A stretch of 64,000 nucleotides of DNA from Macrostomum lignano. Taxonomy: Eukaryota. This document shows, piece by piece, positions 38,896-52,056 of this stretch. A program made the translations under genes and the position numbers. The notes below the pieces were generated by a model. The model was given only the letters and a program-made list of their open reading frames with translations. It was not told where the DNA came from and searched no databases. Each line of letters starts with the position of its first letter. The first letter of the stretch is position 1. The DNA lies in contig NIVC01000615.1 in NCBI GenBank assembly GCA_002269645.1, forward strand, positions 212,781 to 276,780, written 5' to 3'.

Positions 38896-39990
38896 AGCTT
38901 GGGAAAAATTGATTGTGTAAGTATTGTATCCGTAGACAACGAAAAAATATTTACAATTCTGACTCGCCCCCAGCCAGGAGTCGCCAGAATCAAAGGCCTG
39001 GACCAGTTGCGCGGCTCTGTGACAGGTCTGAATACAAGCGTCACTCTATACCAGTGTGTGATCTCCTGCTCCGCTCGGAACTGCGCCTTGCTCAACTACA
39101 ATCGGAAGCAGAGAGCCTGCCAGATTCTGCAGATGTTTCCCACACCGCCCGCGGACAGCAAGGACAAGGATAGCTCGGCCGTTTGCACAACTGGTGAAAA
39201 GTCGTCGGGAGGCGGGGACGGAGATGAAGTGTGGATGGCCAGAGACTATTACGAGCGCTCAAACAGGAGCCGCAAGTGGTCATTTATATCGCCAAAGGAA
39301 CATTTTACCGTGAGTAAGGGTGCATTAATGGTCGGCCACGGAATCTACGGACAGCGATAACGTGGGTAGCGGGGCCGCTGGCGGGGCGGCACCTTCGTGT
39401 ACAGGAGCAACGACAGTCGCCTTCTGGTTGCCGCAGGCGGTGGCGGAGGAGCCGCGGTGTTTTTTGACGGTGCGTTGCCATGCCAGTGTGCGCAGCGCAT
39501 TTCCAGCCGCAGCTCGCATCGTCAGCGCCCCACAGCTGCCCCACCCCCTCCTTCCGTTCCAGGAGTTGACGGTCAGGCCGGCGAGAGCGGCGCGAACTCG
39601 ACTGGCGCTGAGTCTGGCGCGGTCGGGCCCGGCGGCGCGAGCGGAGCTCCCGGAGCGTTCGTGAGCGGCGGCGGCCCGGGCGCGGGCTGGATGTTGAACG
39701 GCAGCATCTGCGACCGGTGCGGCAAAGGTCGAGACGGCAGCTGGGCGGGAGGCCAAGGCGAGATCTCCTTTAGGATGGGCGGCTTCGGAGGCGGCGGCGC
39801 TGCCTCTGCCGATGCTGGCGGCGGTGGCGGCGGCTTCAGCGGCGGAGGCGCGGGCTCGACTCAGCAGGCGGGCGGCGGCGGCGGCGGCTCCTTCTGCTCC
39901 GGCAGCGGCTGCAGCGCCACTACGGGCTGCAACACGGTTGACGCCGGCAGAGCCGTCGTGACGCCCGTCGGTCAGGAACTGTGCGTCTGA
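38896..39990 (+). pseudogene. PAN/Apple-like + ALK/LTK-type glycine-rich gene, copy 3; internal deletion and frameshifts
   Basis: PAN-like YQCVISCSARNCALLNYNRKQRACQIL. After the donor at ~39311 the sequence jumps to MVGH..., so the GRNG..G.Y.IEA.GA.GG..GA segment of the paralogues is missing. Frame changes occur before GGTFVYRSNDSRLLVAAGGGGG. A phase-1 intron (39470-39562) sits at the paralogue-conserved position. The last exon is intact (GGFGGGG..GGGFSGG..GGGGGGSFC..LCV*). The 5' end is uncertain. Confidence 0.75.
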
Positions 39991-40740
39991 TGAGGCTCAG
40001 AGTCTGTGTGATGTCAGTCAGTCAGGAGCTGTATGAGTCTGATGAGGCTCAGAGTCTGTGTGATGTCAGTCAGTCAGGAGCTGTGAGTCTGATGAGGCTC
40101 AGAGTCTGTGTGATGTCAGTCAGTCAGGAGCTATATGAGTCTGATGAGGCTCAGAGTCTGTGTGATGTCAGTCAGTCAGGAGCTGTGAGTCTAATGAGGC
40201 TCAGAGTCTGTGTGATGTCAGTCAGTCAGGAGCTGTGAGTCTGATGAGGCTCAGAGTCTGTGTGATGTCAGTCAGTCAGGAGCTGTGAGTCTGATGAGGC
40301 TCAGAGTCTGTGTGATGTCAGTCAGTCAGGAGCTGTGAGTCTAATGAGGCTCAGAGTCTGTGTGATGTCAGTCAGTCAGGAGCTGTGAGTCTGATGAGGC
40401 TCAGAGTCTGTGTGATGTCAGTCAGTCAGGAGCTGTGAGTCTAATGAGGCTCAGAGTCTGTGTGATGTCAGTCAGTCAGGAGCTGTGAGTCTAATGAGGC
40501 TCAGAGTCTGTGTGATGTCAGTCAGTCAGGAGCTGTGAGTCTGATGAGGCTCAGAGTCTGTGTGATGTCAGTCAGTCAGGAGCTGTGAGTCTAATGAGGC
40601 TCAAAGTCTATGTGATGTCAGTCAGGAGCTGTGAGTCTGATGAGGCTCAGAGTCTACGTGATGCCAGCTCTGAATCTGTGTGATGTTAACTATGAGTCCG
40701 TGTGTGATGTCAGCTCTGAGTCTAATGAGGCTCAGAGTCG
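39965..40740. repeat. 50-bp minisatellite (TGAGGCTCAGAGTCTGTGTGATGTCAGTCAGTCAGGAGCTGTGAGTCTGA)n starting at the stop codon of copy 3
   Basis: About 12 regular copies followed by degenerate copies. Confidence 0.95.
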
Positions 40741-42065
40741 ATGTCAGTCTGCAACTTGAGCTGTGGTCTGGACTCTGATGAGGCTTAAAAACTGTGTGAT
40801 CTCAGTCAGTCAGGAGTCATGAGACTCTGAAAATATATTGGTGGTTGGGTTCACGTTTATTAAGTCGTGTATTGTACGAAAGGTTCTCTTGTAAAAAATC
40901 AAAAGCGATTAAACTTCACACATGTAAAAGCATTTTTTAATCGAGCGTATGCGCGCACGCAGTGGCAAATTTCATTTGAAAATACGAGCTACATGTACAT
41001 GCAGTATCACGCACAAATGCATGTACAGTGCAGTATACCTGCACTAGTTTTGCAATTCATACGCAGTGACATTACATGGACTACTTATTGTCGTTTCTAC
41101 TTAAGTAGTCGCGGCCGTGTGACATCATACTACAGCTGCATGTATTACCTGCAAATACAGTTGATGAATTTCTCTAAGAATTAAACTTATATAAGTTTAA
41201 TATTTAAATATTAAACTTTAGGCACTGAAGTTCTGGCACTGTTAGGAAAACGAAAATTTTTTTATTGTCTTTGATTTCTTTCGTTAAGTGAAACATTACA
41301 GGCCCAGAGATAAATACATGTTACATATATGCACAATTGTACGTATCATATCATAAAATGTAGCAAATCGTTAATTTTCCTTTACAAAAAGTACATGTAC
41401 TCGCTCTCTGCCACTCATTAAGTTTATTGCTTCGTCACTGCTAGAAAAGGTAGGAAATTGGACACCCGTATAACCGTTTGGAAATTATAATATGCCAAAA
41501 ATGACTTGTGTATATCGTCCTTGGAAATTAAATGTTTTAGGATTTTGTGCTTGAGAAAAACAAATTAGTTTCTTATCGTCTCACGCACTTTCTAAACGAT
41601 CAACTAATAAGTAAAAATACGAGCTATTTTCCTATTAAGCATATATTTTTTGCTTTTCAAATGTATTTTCAAGTTATTTTCGTGTATTTTTTAAGCACCT
41701 GTCAACCTATTATTTTTTCCTTAAAACGTTGTGCTTACGTAAGCATCTGTGATGATCTACCTGTGTATTTGTTGTCGTTCACAGAATCAATGAACTGAAT
41801 TAAAAGTGATTTGTATGTTTTCGTAATATTTGAGAAAAAATAAGCCGTCAGATTTTGACGCTACCTGATGTGCTTCCTGACAAGACAATATGTAGGTAGG
41901 TTGTAAGTAGTTATACTAGTAGTAACTAGCATCTCGGCCTAGGAATTTAAGTGTAGACCCTCAAGCTAGGCCCAATTTATTTTATTATCAATATCATAGG
42001 TCTGTCTATCATTTATCTTTTTCTTTATTTAAATTTATTAGAACCCTGGCCTATGATATGAATCA

Positions 42066-42691
42066 GGCTACCGGACATTTGCCCTCCGGCATTTGCCCTC
42101 CGGACATTTGCCCTCCGGCATTTCCCCTCTGGACATTTGCCCTCGAGGACATTTGCCCTCGGGGACATTTGCCCTCCGGACATTTGCCCTCCGGACATTT
42201 GCCCTCGGGGACATTTGCCCTCGGGGACATTTCCCCTCTGGACATTTGCCCTCCGGACATTTCCCCTCTGGAAAAGTACAGGTAAGGCTGGGGATAGGGT
42301 AGGGCGCGGGTATATATTGCTTACTAGAAAAGGATGAGTTGTTGGCTGGAGAAGAACCTGATGGATGCAAGAGGCGGGAGGATGAGGTTGGTGCTGGAGG
42401 AACGACGGGTGGGTACAGGAGGAGGTGAGGTGAGTAATGTGCGAGGGGGTAAATTTGCAGAGGGCAAATGTGCGGAGGGGAAATGTCCGGAGGGCAAATG
42501 TCCGGAGGGCAAATGTCCGGAGGGCAAATGTCCCCGAGGGCAAATGTCCCCGAGGGGAAATGTCCGGAGGGCAAATGTCCGGAGGGGAAATGTCCCGGAG
42601 GGCAAATGTCCAGAGGGCAAACGCCGCCGAGGGGAAGTGCCGGAGGGCAAGTGCCGGAGGGGAAGTGCCGGAGGGCAAATGTCCGGAAGCG
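42066..42691. mobile_element. Non-autonomous foldback/Mutator-like DNA transposon with 9-bp TSD
   Basis: TSD TATGAATCA at 42057-42065 and 42692-42700. TIRs GGCTACCGGACATTTGCCCTCCGG / CCGGAGGGCAAATGTCCGGAAGCG. The arms are tandem 15-bp GGACATTTGCCCTCC units in opposite orientation around a unique ~170-bp spacer. Confidence 0.85.
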
Positions 42692-44429
42692 TATGAATCA
42701 TAGGGGGGCCTACTCTTTCTTATACTTATAGATAAGAAGATAGGGGGGCCTATGTCCTATTTCTATATTAATTTTTTGGCTAGGCCCTACGCCTATAATA
42801 ATAAATAAGTTGATAGGAAAAAGATTTAGGGACAGCTTATATTTGTTTCCATGCTTTTTGACGCTTGTGCTTTGTGGTGCCCAGCATTTCTGTACGGTCC
42901 CAGATTGTTTTATGGTGCATGGTGCCCCAGTTTATGATGCCTAAATAATAAAATAATCTTATACCTGTTTTAGTTTGGGCTTCTACCACCTACAGTACAA
43001 GTACCATAGTCCAGATTATGCTGAGTGCATATCCAAACAAAAATCAAATAATTACAAATGCATACCAAAAAAATTAAATGTATACCTATTCTCAAAACTT
43101 TGCCAGTGTTGCAACAATAAATGACCTTTTCTATATTGTGATAATAAATAACCCTTTTTTGAATTGCATAAAGTAACCTTTTTGGCAGATAATTTGGTTC
43201 ATTTTTTTATTTAGCAATACCAATAGGCCATAAGGGCCTACTCTTTCTAATAGAAAATTTATACATGCCAAAATTTGTTTAAATGCTTTATTACAAGCTT
43301 GAAAACCTAGAAAGCTTTAAATTTATATTTAAAAATAAGTTTTTTTTCATATTTTTTCTACTTCATATTTTCTTAGAAGTGATACATACCAATTGTACAT
43401 GCCTATTTTTGGCATGCAAGGCCAATGTATGCCCAAATGTTTGGGCATATATTATCTGATCTAGAGTATGGTATAAGTTTAATTATTTTTCTAAAAAAAA
43501 TTGTTTCCTAATATAAGCAATATCTATTCTGTTAAACTAGCATCCCGGGCTGCCATTAACATTGATACAATGCTTTTTAATGGTTAAAAAAAGGTTGCTA
43601 TTGGATGTTAAAATAACGTCGTTTTTAGCCTGCCTTTTTAAGATTTTTAAACGTTAGTGGCCAATGTTGGGATTAGATTAAAAAATAACTGTCTACCAAC
43701 CTTTTTGCTATATGCCCCACTGACTACTTATAGACATAGCTCTATAGTTTCAGAAAATAATTAACAGAAGAGTATTTTGCTTTTATTTTTAGCAAAAGAG
43801 ATTGATTGTAATTCCATTTATTTAAAGTGGCACATACATGCGCAACTTCTAAAATTACGCTGGCCGTGCGACTTAGTTTTCGATAAAAAATGCGACTTAC
43901 CTATGAAAGAGCCAAGCAAAAACTTTAGGTAAACGGCAGGAGTAACTATGACCATATTTTTTAAAGCTAAATGCCTCGCCAGCTAATTAGTGCTGCGTGC
44001 AGATTCCGCGTTTTTATAACAGCTAATCAGTATGTCATCTAGTGGCGGCATGAAGCAATTAGTAAATTGTCAGTACAGTGTAGTGAGCATACTACAAAAG
44101 TCATGATTCATGAATGTCCAGAAGTAAGTGAAGTGAATACAGTGTGACCTATAGCTCAAGAACGATTTGCTAGACGATTTGGCATGGAAGATGAGAGCCC
44201 TGATTCAGATGGCTCATCAGATGCAGAATACGAATCCAGTAGAGATACAAGCTGTGAAAACCCACAGATTTTTAAACCACTGAATTCTAATTCCCGGAAC
44301 TATTTTTGCATAGATTCTAAATTTGAAGTCATGCTCAAACAAAAACTTGTTAACAGTTAGGAAAAAGGCAAAGATGGGAGTAATGCATGTTAAACTAAGA
44401 TTTGAGGCCTTTGCAAATTCTCTCCATTC

Positions 44430-45060
44430 CTCAATCTTCTCATCCTCTTTTTCTTTTCTCTCTCATCCCTTATCCCTTCTCTCTTTCCTCTCCTCTCTCC
44501 TCTCTTTCCTCTCCTCTCCTATCTCTTCTGTCTCCTCTCTACATTCTTATCTCTCCTCTCGTCTCTCTCCATTCCACTCTACTCTCTCATCTTATCTCTC
44601 CTCTCTTTTCTACTCTCTCATCTCTCCTCTCTTCACTCTCCTCTCATCTCCTCTTTATCCTCTCTTCTCTCATCTACTCTCTCCTTTTTCCTCTTTCCTC
44701 TCTTCTGATCTCATCCATCATATTTTCTTTCCTCTTTCCTCTCATCTCCTCTTCTCTCTCATCTCTTTTTCCTCCCTCAGCTTTTCTCTCCTTTTCTATC
44801 TTTTCTCCCATCGCATCGCTCGCCTCTCCTCTGTTTGCTTATCTCTAATCTTCTATTCCCTCTACTTTGAAGTAAGAAAATATGCACATATTTTTGCTGA
44901 AGATAAGAGGAGAGAAGAGGCCATTGAGGAGAAAGGGTAGAGAGAAAGGGGGAGAAGAGAGGAGAGTAAAAATGAGAGGAGAGAGAAGAGGGAAAAGGGG
45001 GAGAGAGAGAAGAGGGGAGGCAAGGTAGAGAAGAAGAGAGAGATGAGAGTTGAAGAGACA
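44430..45060. repeat. CT-rich then GA-rich low-complexity tract
   Basis: Composition only; no regular unit. Confidence 0.85.
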
Positions 45061-45289
45061 CCAACCTTGCTACTCGTAGTTAGGAAGTTTCAAAGAACCC
45101 GAGGGGCGAGGGCCAGATAGAGGGGCTTCGCGAGCCGGAGTTTGCCGACCCCTGCTCCAGAGTTTAAGAAATCAATGGGAAACTGTTGACGCAGGCTTCT
45201 GATTTCAAAGATCTTGTCTGTGGTTGAAGGCTTCTATTCTGTTTTTGCTCTCCTGCCACACTTGCACCTACTACCCCCTGATTGCCTCT

Positions 45290-45600
45290 GATTGTGACTT
45301 ACTTCCCTCTTATTGCGACTTAGTTGCTTCTTTTTGCGACTTACCTAATCCTTTTTGCGACTTACCTAATCCTTTTTGCGAGTTACCTAATCCTTTTGCG
45401 ACTTAGCTGATCCTTTTGCGACTTACCTAATCCTTTTTGCGACTTACCTAATCCTTTTTGGGACTTACCTAATCCTTTTTGTGACTTACCTAACCCTTTT
45501 GCGACTTACCTGATCCTTTTTGCGACATAGTTTGCTTCTTTTGCGACTTACCTGATTCCTGTTGCGACTTACCAGTACCTGATTATTTTTACAACTTAGT
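45290..45600. repeat. ~21-bp degenerate minisatellite (CTTTTTGCGACTTACCTAATC)n
   Basis: Tandem periodicity. Confidence 0.85.
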
Positions 45601-46399
45601 TTGCTTCTTTTGCGAATTGTTTTTCTTTTGCTTCACGATTTTCCCTGAACTGCTCTTTCTTTCGCTTTCCTCTTGCCTTTCTTGGTTCTTGTGTTTTTCT
45701 GTTTTTGGTTGACTCAATTTTGCGACTTACCCCTGGTCAGCCACGATTTACGGTGGCCGGATCGGCCAGGTCGGCCAGCAGTTGCGCATGTATGAAGTGG
45801 CATAGTAAACTTATGGTTACGTCAGTAATAGATGTTATAAAATGAAACTGGGCTTATATAAATGTGGTAATATGTTTTGATATATAATTTATTAAAAGCT
45901 AGCATACTTTAGTAGGAAAGATTAAAAGACTGCATAAACACTTATAGAAAGATGCACTCTTATGCAGGTGGGCCTGTAAAATTGAACCTCATTAATTAGT
46001 TGACCAAATTTTTGCAATAGCTAAAATAAGCTCATATGGGAAAGCAGTGCTTGCAAACATGCTTACTAAAAGTGGTTAAGAGTTTAATTGTTTTTGTTGT
46101 CAAATAAAAATTTGAGTTTCTGACCATTTCTGATGGAAGAATTAAAATGTTTTAATAGATAATTTTTGTATGAGCATAGCAAGTACAATATATTTTACAA
46201 GCTATTTGATATGGATGGTGGATGCTGTTTATGTTATATAAGTGGCTTAGTCTACATACATTTCACATAGAAGATCCCCATCCTCCTCTGTGTCCATGTC
46301 ACTGTCCTCAGCAGAATCACTCAAAATTGTCAAACCTTCAGCAGCTGCGGAACCAGTCTGGTTTCCAACAAGCAGCAACCTTTCACTCTGCTTTCTGAT

Positions 46400-48394
46400 T
46401 CAAGTGCCTGTATGCCTTAGATGCTCACCAACTGCAGCTTTGGCGATTATTTTTGTGCAGTCACGGAAGACGACAGAAGCTGCAGCTAAAAACACAAGAT
46501 TTTGAAATATATTTTAAGCAGTACCTTTGAAGGATACAACTATGGAAGGCTAATCATATTTAACTCAGCTTTGTCAACTCGATTTAATACAGCTATATAA
46601 TGTTGCAAATTGCACCAAACTGATTTATAGGAATCTTACTTACCATGGATAATAGGAAATAGACCAAGAGAGTCGAAGCTTCTCTTTGCGGCTCCTCGGC
46701 AAGTAGCCCCTTGCAGGCTAAACTGTGCTGCAAGCTGTCGCAAAATGTTGGAAATCAGGTAATTTAGCCTCTTGCCCCCCAGAGAGCAAAATTGAACAAT
46801 CTGAAAATGGATGATGGGGAATTATCTGCTGATTATACTGACTTTTATTACATGTGTGTAGTGTGTAATATCTAATTCAGGGTCTATATAAATTATTTTT
46901 CGCAGTATAAATGTAAGACTGTTCTCTGTTATTAGCGTTACTCCTATCATATTCTACTTTAATCAGTAATAAGTATCGACATCGAGTGACGTCCTTCGTT
47001 CACTCACTGTGGCTTTTTCGGCCTTCTTATCTCCCTTCACAGCCGAAATCTAGCTCTCAAGGGCCGCAAAGTCACTGAATGGCAATGCTTCAAATAGCTG
47101 ACGGTAGTCACAGCTGTCGGTGTTGTTCTCGTGTGGATTAGTTAGACGAGCCATTATCTTGTTCTGCAGATCAGTTAATGCAGCTTTCACTGATGTATGC
47201 TGAGCCCAAACTACATCTGTGCAATAGAATGATACAGTATATTATATAGAATTAGTAGCATATTGCATTATTGCAGTTCAGCATAAGAAGTCAAAATCAA
47301 GTAAGAAAGTACAAGTATATATTTACTTTGATTCAGGGGTTGCAGAGCTAGATTTTTTTAAGAGGGGGGCATTTTTCTTTTTAATCAAGAATTTTTTTTT
47401 CTTTCAATTGAGTAATTAGGCTTAGAGACTTTAATTTTAATGCTAAATTCACATGTACTCACTCTCAAGCCGCTCAACAGCTGCTGTGAGCTTCTCTATT
47501 TTAGCGCACAAATTAGACGCAGAGACGTTATCATTTGGCTGCCCTTGTCCAAACGCAAGAATGTTGGGCTCCCTGTTATGAGCTACCGGTGTTGATGCGA
47601 CGGTCAGTGTAGGCGTGCCAAAAATGTTGTTCCCAGTAGCCGCCAACATGCTGGAATGATCAGCCGCTGCTGCTGCTCCTGTCAACTGGGAAGTTTGCGA
47701 TTGCACTGGCATCTCTGGTGATGGTGAATTTCTGATTGGCAGAATCGGTGGTGGAGAGCTTTCCTTTTGCTGTTGTTTCCTGCGACTTCGAGTCGTGTCA
47801 TCAGGCCCATGATCCGTCCGTCTGTCTCTTTGATGAAGCGTGCTATTGGCTGCCAAGACCATGGAGCATCAGAGTCACTAGTCTCTATAGTGCCTCTCCT
47901 TGCGAATTGCTTTCGAAATTCAAAAGCTTCCTTCAGAGAGTCTGCAGCAGTGAAGATCAAAGAGAAATGATTTTATTTGGTACTTTAGCCTTCATTCATT
48001 TTGATTTGATACAATGTACTGTGATAATTCACGCCCGCGTATTAAGACACATGCTTTATGTGTCTTAGAATTGGGATTGGGTATTGTATATTTAAAAAGT
48101 TAATGTTAAAGCTAAACACAGGCGTTTAAAAACTGCAATATAATTCCTCAAATATTGAAAATAATACTTATATTAGTTATTCAATTGAATTTTCTTACCC
48201 CGAGATCCAACTATATCCACTGTCTTGAATGACCACTTGTCACTCGTCATCTTCTTGCCATTTATGGCTTGCTTATAGTCCGATACTGGTGGCCAGCAAA
48301 CAAGATTTGGGTTCTTGAACCACATGTTTAGAGTCAGCTCTATGCTGCCATTGTCAAAAATGACCAGCACAAATTTTTTCTCCAAATGGGACAT
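46400..48394 (-). pseudogene. Decayed multi-exon DUF4806-like gene (a family often TE-associated)
   Basis: Exon 48199-48394 (FVLVIFD..MWF..VCWPP..KQAI..W..VDIVGSR) splices in phase 1 to DSLKEA..IETSDSD at 47941. Later exons give EALPFSDFAALES* (nonsense), LSGGKRLNYLISNILRQLAAQFSLQG..KRSFDSL and KAAVGEHLRHT. Frameshift near 47830-47860. The family name is from motif memory. Confidence 0.5.
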
Positions 48395-49435
48395 TTTCGG
48401 ATGATTAGGCTATTCTTAATTCTATGAAATAAAATGGAGCTAGGATGACACCTAAAGCACTTAAACTAGATTTGATGAGAATATTCTAATGACAAAAGAC
48501 AAAGTCAATATGATTAAGACAGCTAGCTGAAGCAAAATATACAAACAGTTTTCTTTTTACTCATTTACCACTTGCATATTGGCTTTAAAGTATATTTCCA
48601 TCAGTCTTCACTCCTCAGTCAACCAATTAAAATGAAGCAGCCCCCGGAATGAGGCCTCACCACCTGGCCAATTGAACATTGCATATTGGACAAGCAAAAT
48701 TGTACTGAAATTGTATCTTTCAGCAGCGGCAGATCCAGGGTTTTTGCTTAGGGGCTGAGAATTACATGTGAGGGTGCCGCCTTTTGTCAGGCAGGGGCGC
48801 CTGGCGCTGCATCAGGTTAGAACCTATGCGATGAACGCCATTTTTAGCGCTTGCAGCACCTTTTGGCGCCTGTGACCCTTTCTAGGACAATGGAGCAACC
48901 TCCTGTGATAGGGCGCCCACCTAAGACAGGCGCTGTTCGATTTGGGTGGCGGGGGACAACTGGGCGGGTCAATAGACCATGTGAATGAAGTGAGCAGTCG
49001 CTCAAACTCTTTTGTTCCTTCGTTATATGAGTGATTCGCTCATCGTATTGCAGATCATTGTTGGTAAAATAAATAAGACAAAGTCATATCTTCTTTAAGG
49101 AACCAAAATTTTTTTAGAAACTATAAAGCTAAGCCTTGGGGCTTGGGGAAACCTGGAGAGCCAGTAATTTATGACGGGGAGACATTTAGTTTCTTTTACT
49201 TCCTTAGTCGTTTATCCTTTCATTGACAGGAAGGAAGAAAAAATACTTGTAAAAGTTGTAACCTTCTTATGCCATGACTTCAATCTATCTGATTTCATCA
49301 AACCATCCAGACTTCATAGATCCCATGTCGTCATATTTTATCTGCCATATTTCTATTTCTTCTGATTTGAATGCCTATTAGTGCTTATTATGCGCTATGA
49401 TATTTTTTCCAATTTTTATATAGCTTTTATTCCAC

Positions 49436-52056
49436 GGCGCGTTGACTATGGCGGCGAAGAACTCGCGCATCTCGTTCCTGCGCTCATCCGGAGTGTCGCC
49501 TGCCAGGTTGAGCACGATGCGACGCTTTCGCCCCGTCAGAGTGTTGATGACGGACCAGGCCACGCGCTCTCTGGCATTGGGCCCTGCGGCAGAGACGGCT
49601 TGGATGGCGTCATCGACAGCGGACTGCTGCCGCTGCAGGTAGACAGCCGCCAGAGCCTCCTCCGCCTCGCGAGTTTGCCGCCCACTCAGACGGAGCCTCT
49701 CCAGATCTTCCCTCGCTTCGTCGATCGCGGGGTCGTCCTGCCACCGGCTGCCCGCGCTGGGCCGGTCGCATCAGCGGGACTGCTTGCTCCGCAGCGGCTC
49801 GAACTGCAGCGCTCACCTCCGCGTACTCGGCTCCTCCACGCTTGTCGCCCAGCGCAGTGACGAAGGCACCGGCAAAGCGACGTCGCGTCTCGGCGTCCCT
49901 GAGCGCGCGGTAGTAGCGCCGCGGTGGCCGCTTTGGCGGACGGTAGAGCGGGTCCCGAAGCCGAAGGTCGCAGATGAGCAGCCGATGGTCGGACCGCAGA
50001 GCCAGCGGCGTGATGGTGCGGCAGTTGGTGACGCGGCGGCTCACACGAAAGCGCACAAGCACGTGGTCGAGCTGTGCCAGCCTCCGCGTAGCGTTCCGGC
50101 CGCGCGCGTTCCGCCGCCTCCGCTTGCAGCCCACGAAGGTCGCGAGCCTGCCCGGTGACTTGCGGAATCTGGTGTTGGCCGACACCATGTCCTGTCTCTC
50201 CAGGAAGTCCTCTAGCGCTCCGGTGTTGCCGTTCTCGCGCGCTGTCACGAACAGCGATCGCTCGGACCTACGCAGAACTGCGTTCAGGTCTCCGAGAATG
50301 ACCACTGTGTCACGTTGCGCCATCTCCTCCACCCACACCGAGAGTTGCTCGAAGAAGGCCTGAGCCTCATCGGAGCGGGTAGCAGGCGGCGCGTACGCGC
50401 AGAACAGGCGGGCGTTCCGGCCGCGAAGCCGGACGTCGACCCGAAGCAGCCGAGAAGACAGGGAGACGCAGCGACAGCTCTGCTGCAGCCTCGGTCCGAT
50501 CAGCGCTCCAACTCCTCCACGGCCTCGCTCATCCGCTGAGGTGTACCAGAGTGTCCACCCGGCGCCCAGGTCCTCACAGTGAAGTCCGGGGTCGGCTCTG
50601 ATAGACACCTCCTGTAGTGCGATGACATCACAGCTGAGGTCGAGCGCTAGCCTCGCCAGCAGCCCTCTCCGCCATGTGGCCTTGAGAGTGCGGCAGTTCA
50701 GCGTCCCGACCCGAAGCGTGCCCTCTGGTACGGCTGGGGCTCGGTGCTGGTGAGCCTCATGGTCCCCGGCGCCACCCGAAAGATCCAATTGGGCCAGCGC
50801 AGCAGCAGCTCGGCGGGCGGCGCCTGAGCAGAACGGATTCCGGCCCCTACGCGGCACAGTGACGCAGATCCTGGCTCTTCGGCGAGTCATCGAGGAGGCG
50901 CGCATCCGCCAGTTGACCCTGATCCTGATCTTCGTCGATTTCAGAAAGGCCTTCGACTCGGTCGTGAGGGACGCGCTCCCAGAGGTGCTCCGTGCGTACA
51001 ACGTGCCAGAGCTGCTGATTTCTGCTGTCATGGCGCTGTACCACGGCACGACGGCTGCTGTCTCAACACCGGACGGCCTATCGGATTTCTTCGAGACATC
51101 CTCCGGGGTGCTCCAGGGAGATACGCTAGCGCCGTTCCTGTTTATTCTGGTGCTTGACTGGGTGATACGGACTGCTCTGCCTTCCAACGACGACGGCTTC
51201 CTGCTGCGGCGACGCGTGGGTCGACGCCAACCGGAGAGACGGCTCAGCGTACTTGGCTACGCCGATGGCCTCGCCCTGCTGTCCTCGACCGTCGAGGGCG
51301 CCCAACGACAGCTGGATAGGCTGGTTGCCGTTGCGGCGAGCGTCGGCCTGGGGGGTCAACACGCAGAAGACCGTCGTGCTATGCGTGCCGGGCGACATCG
51401 AGGCTGCAATCTTCTGCCGAGGCGCTGACGGACAGGCGAGTGAGCTTCCAAGATGTCAGCAGTTCGTCTACCTCGGCGGTCTGGTTCCCAACGTCCGCGA
51501 GGATCTGCGGCGTCGCCGAGGACTTGCCTGGGCTGCCTTTCGTTCTATAAGGTCAGTCCTGCAGTCCGAGGCCCTACCGGACCGCCAGAGGGCGGCGCTG
51601 TTCCAGGCGGTGATCGAGACCGTCCTGTTATACAACACCGAGACCTGGACGCTGACAGACTCGCTCGAGGCTCAAGTCGACGCGGCGCACGCTGGCCTGC
51701 TGCGCGCCGCCTTCAAGATCGGCAACGAGCGAGTCACCAACACGGTGCTCTATCATCGCGCCGGCCTGGCCCGTCCTAGCGATCTGCTGCGCCGTCAGTG
51801 ACTCCAGCTGGCAGGCCACGTCATCCGCGCCGAGGCCTACTGTCTGGAGCCAGTGCAGGAGGTGCTGCTACTTACGTTGCAGGCACCCTACCGGCGGGGA
51901 CAGGCGAGGACTCGGCGCTACGTCGACTGTCTGCTGGCTGACGCCGGCGCCCCGGACTCTGCCGGCGGTGCGGCCTTTGTTCGCGCCCAAGCTTCGAAGC
52001 GCGCCATCTGACGCTGCTTTTGCGAACTGACAGCGTACTCTGTTCTGTTGTTGTTG
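49436..52056. mobile_element. RTE-type non-LTR retrotransposon with inverted 5' half: endonuclease part on - (49436-~50820), RT part on + (~50820-52056)
   Basis: Minus strand: APE motifs LRVGTLNCRTL, DVIALQEVS, CAYAP, ILGDLNA, QLDHVLVR, SDHRLL. Plus strand: PEQNGFRP..QILALRRVIE..FVDFRKAFDSV, GVLQGDTLAPFLF, GYADG (YADD altered), FVYLG. (TTG)n tail at 52047-52056. TSD TTATTCCAC at 49427-49435 and 52057-52065. Confidence 0.93.

Noticed and set aside
42025-42731. Multiple overlapping ORFs with PEGKC/DICPP repeats suggesting metal-binding proteins
   Set aside because: They are translations of the 15-bp subrepeats of the foldback element.
44100-44290. Acidic stretch resembling a piggyBac transposase N-terminus
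   Set aside because: Too short, with no catalytic motifs and no TTAA/TIR ends.
49610-51187. 525-aa ORF as an intact LINE ORF2 or host gene
   Set aside because: Its first ~120 aa are the antisense of the RT half across the inversion junction; only the endonuclease part is real.
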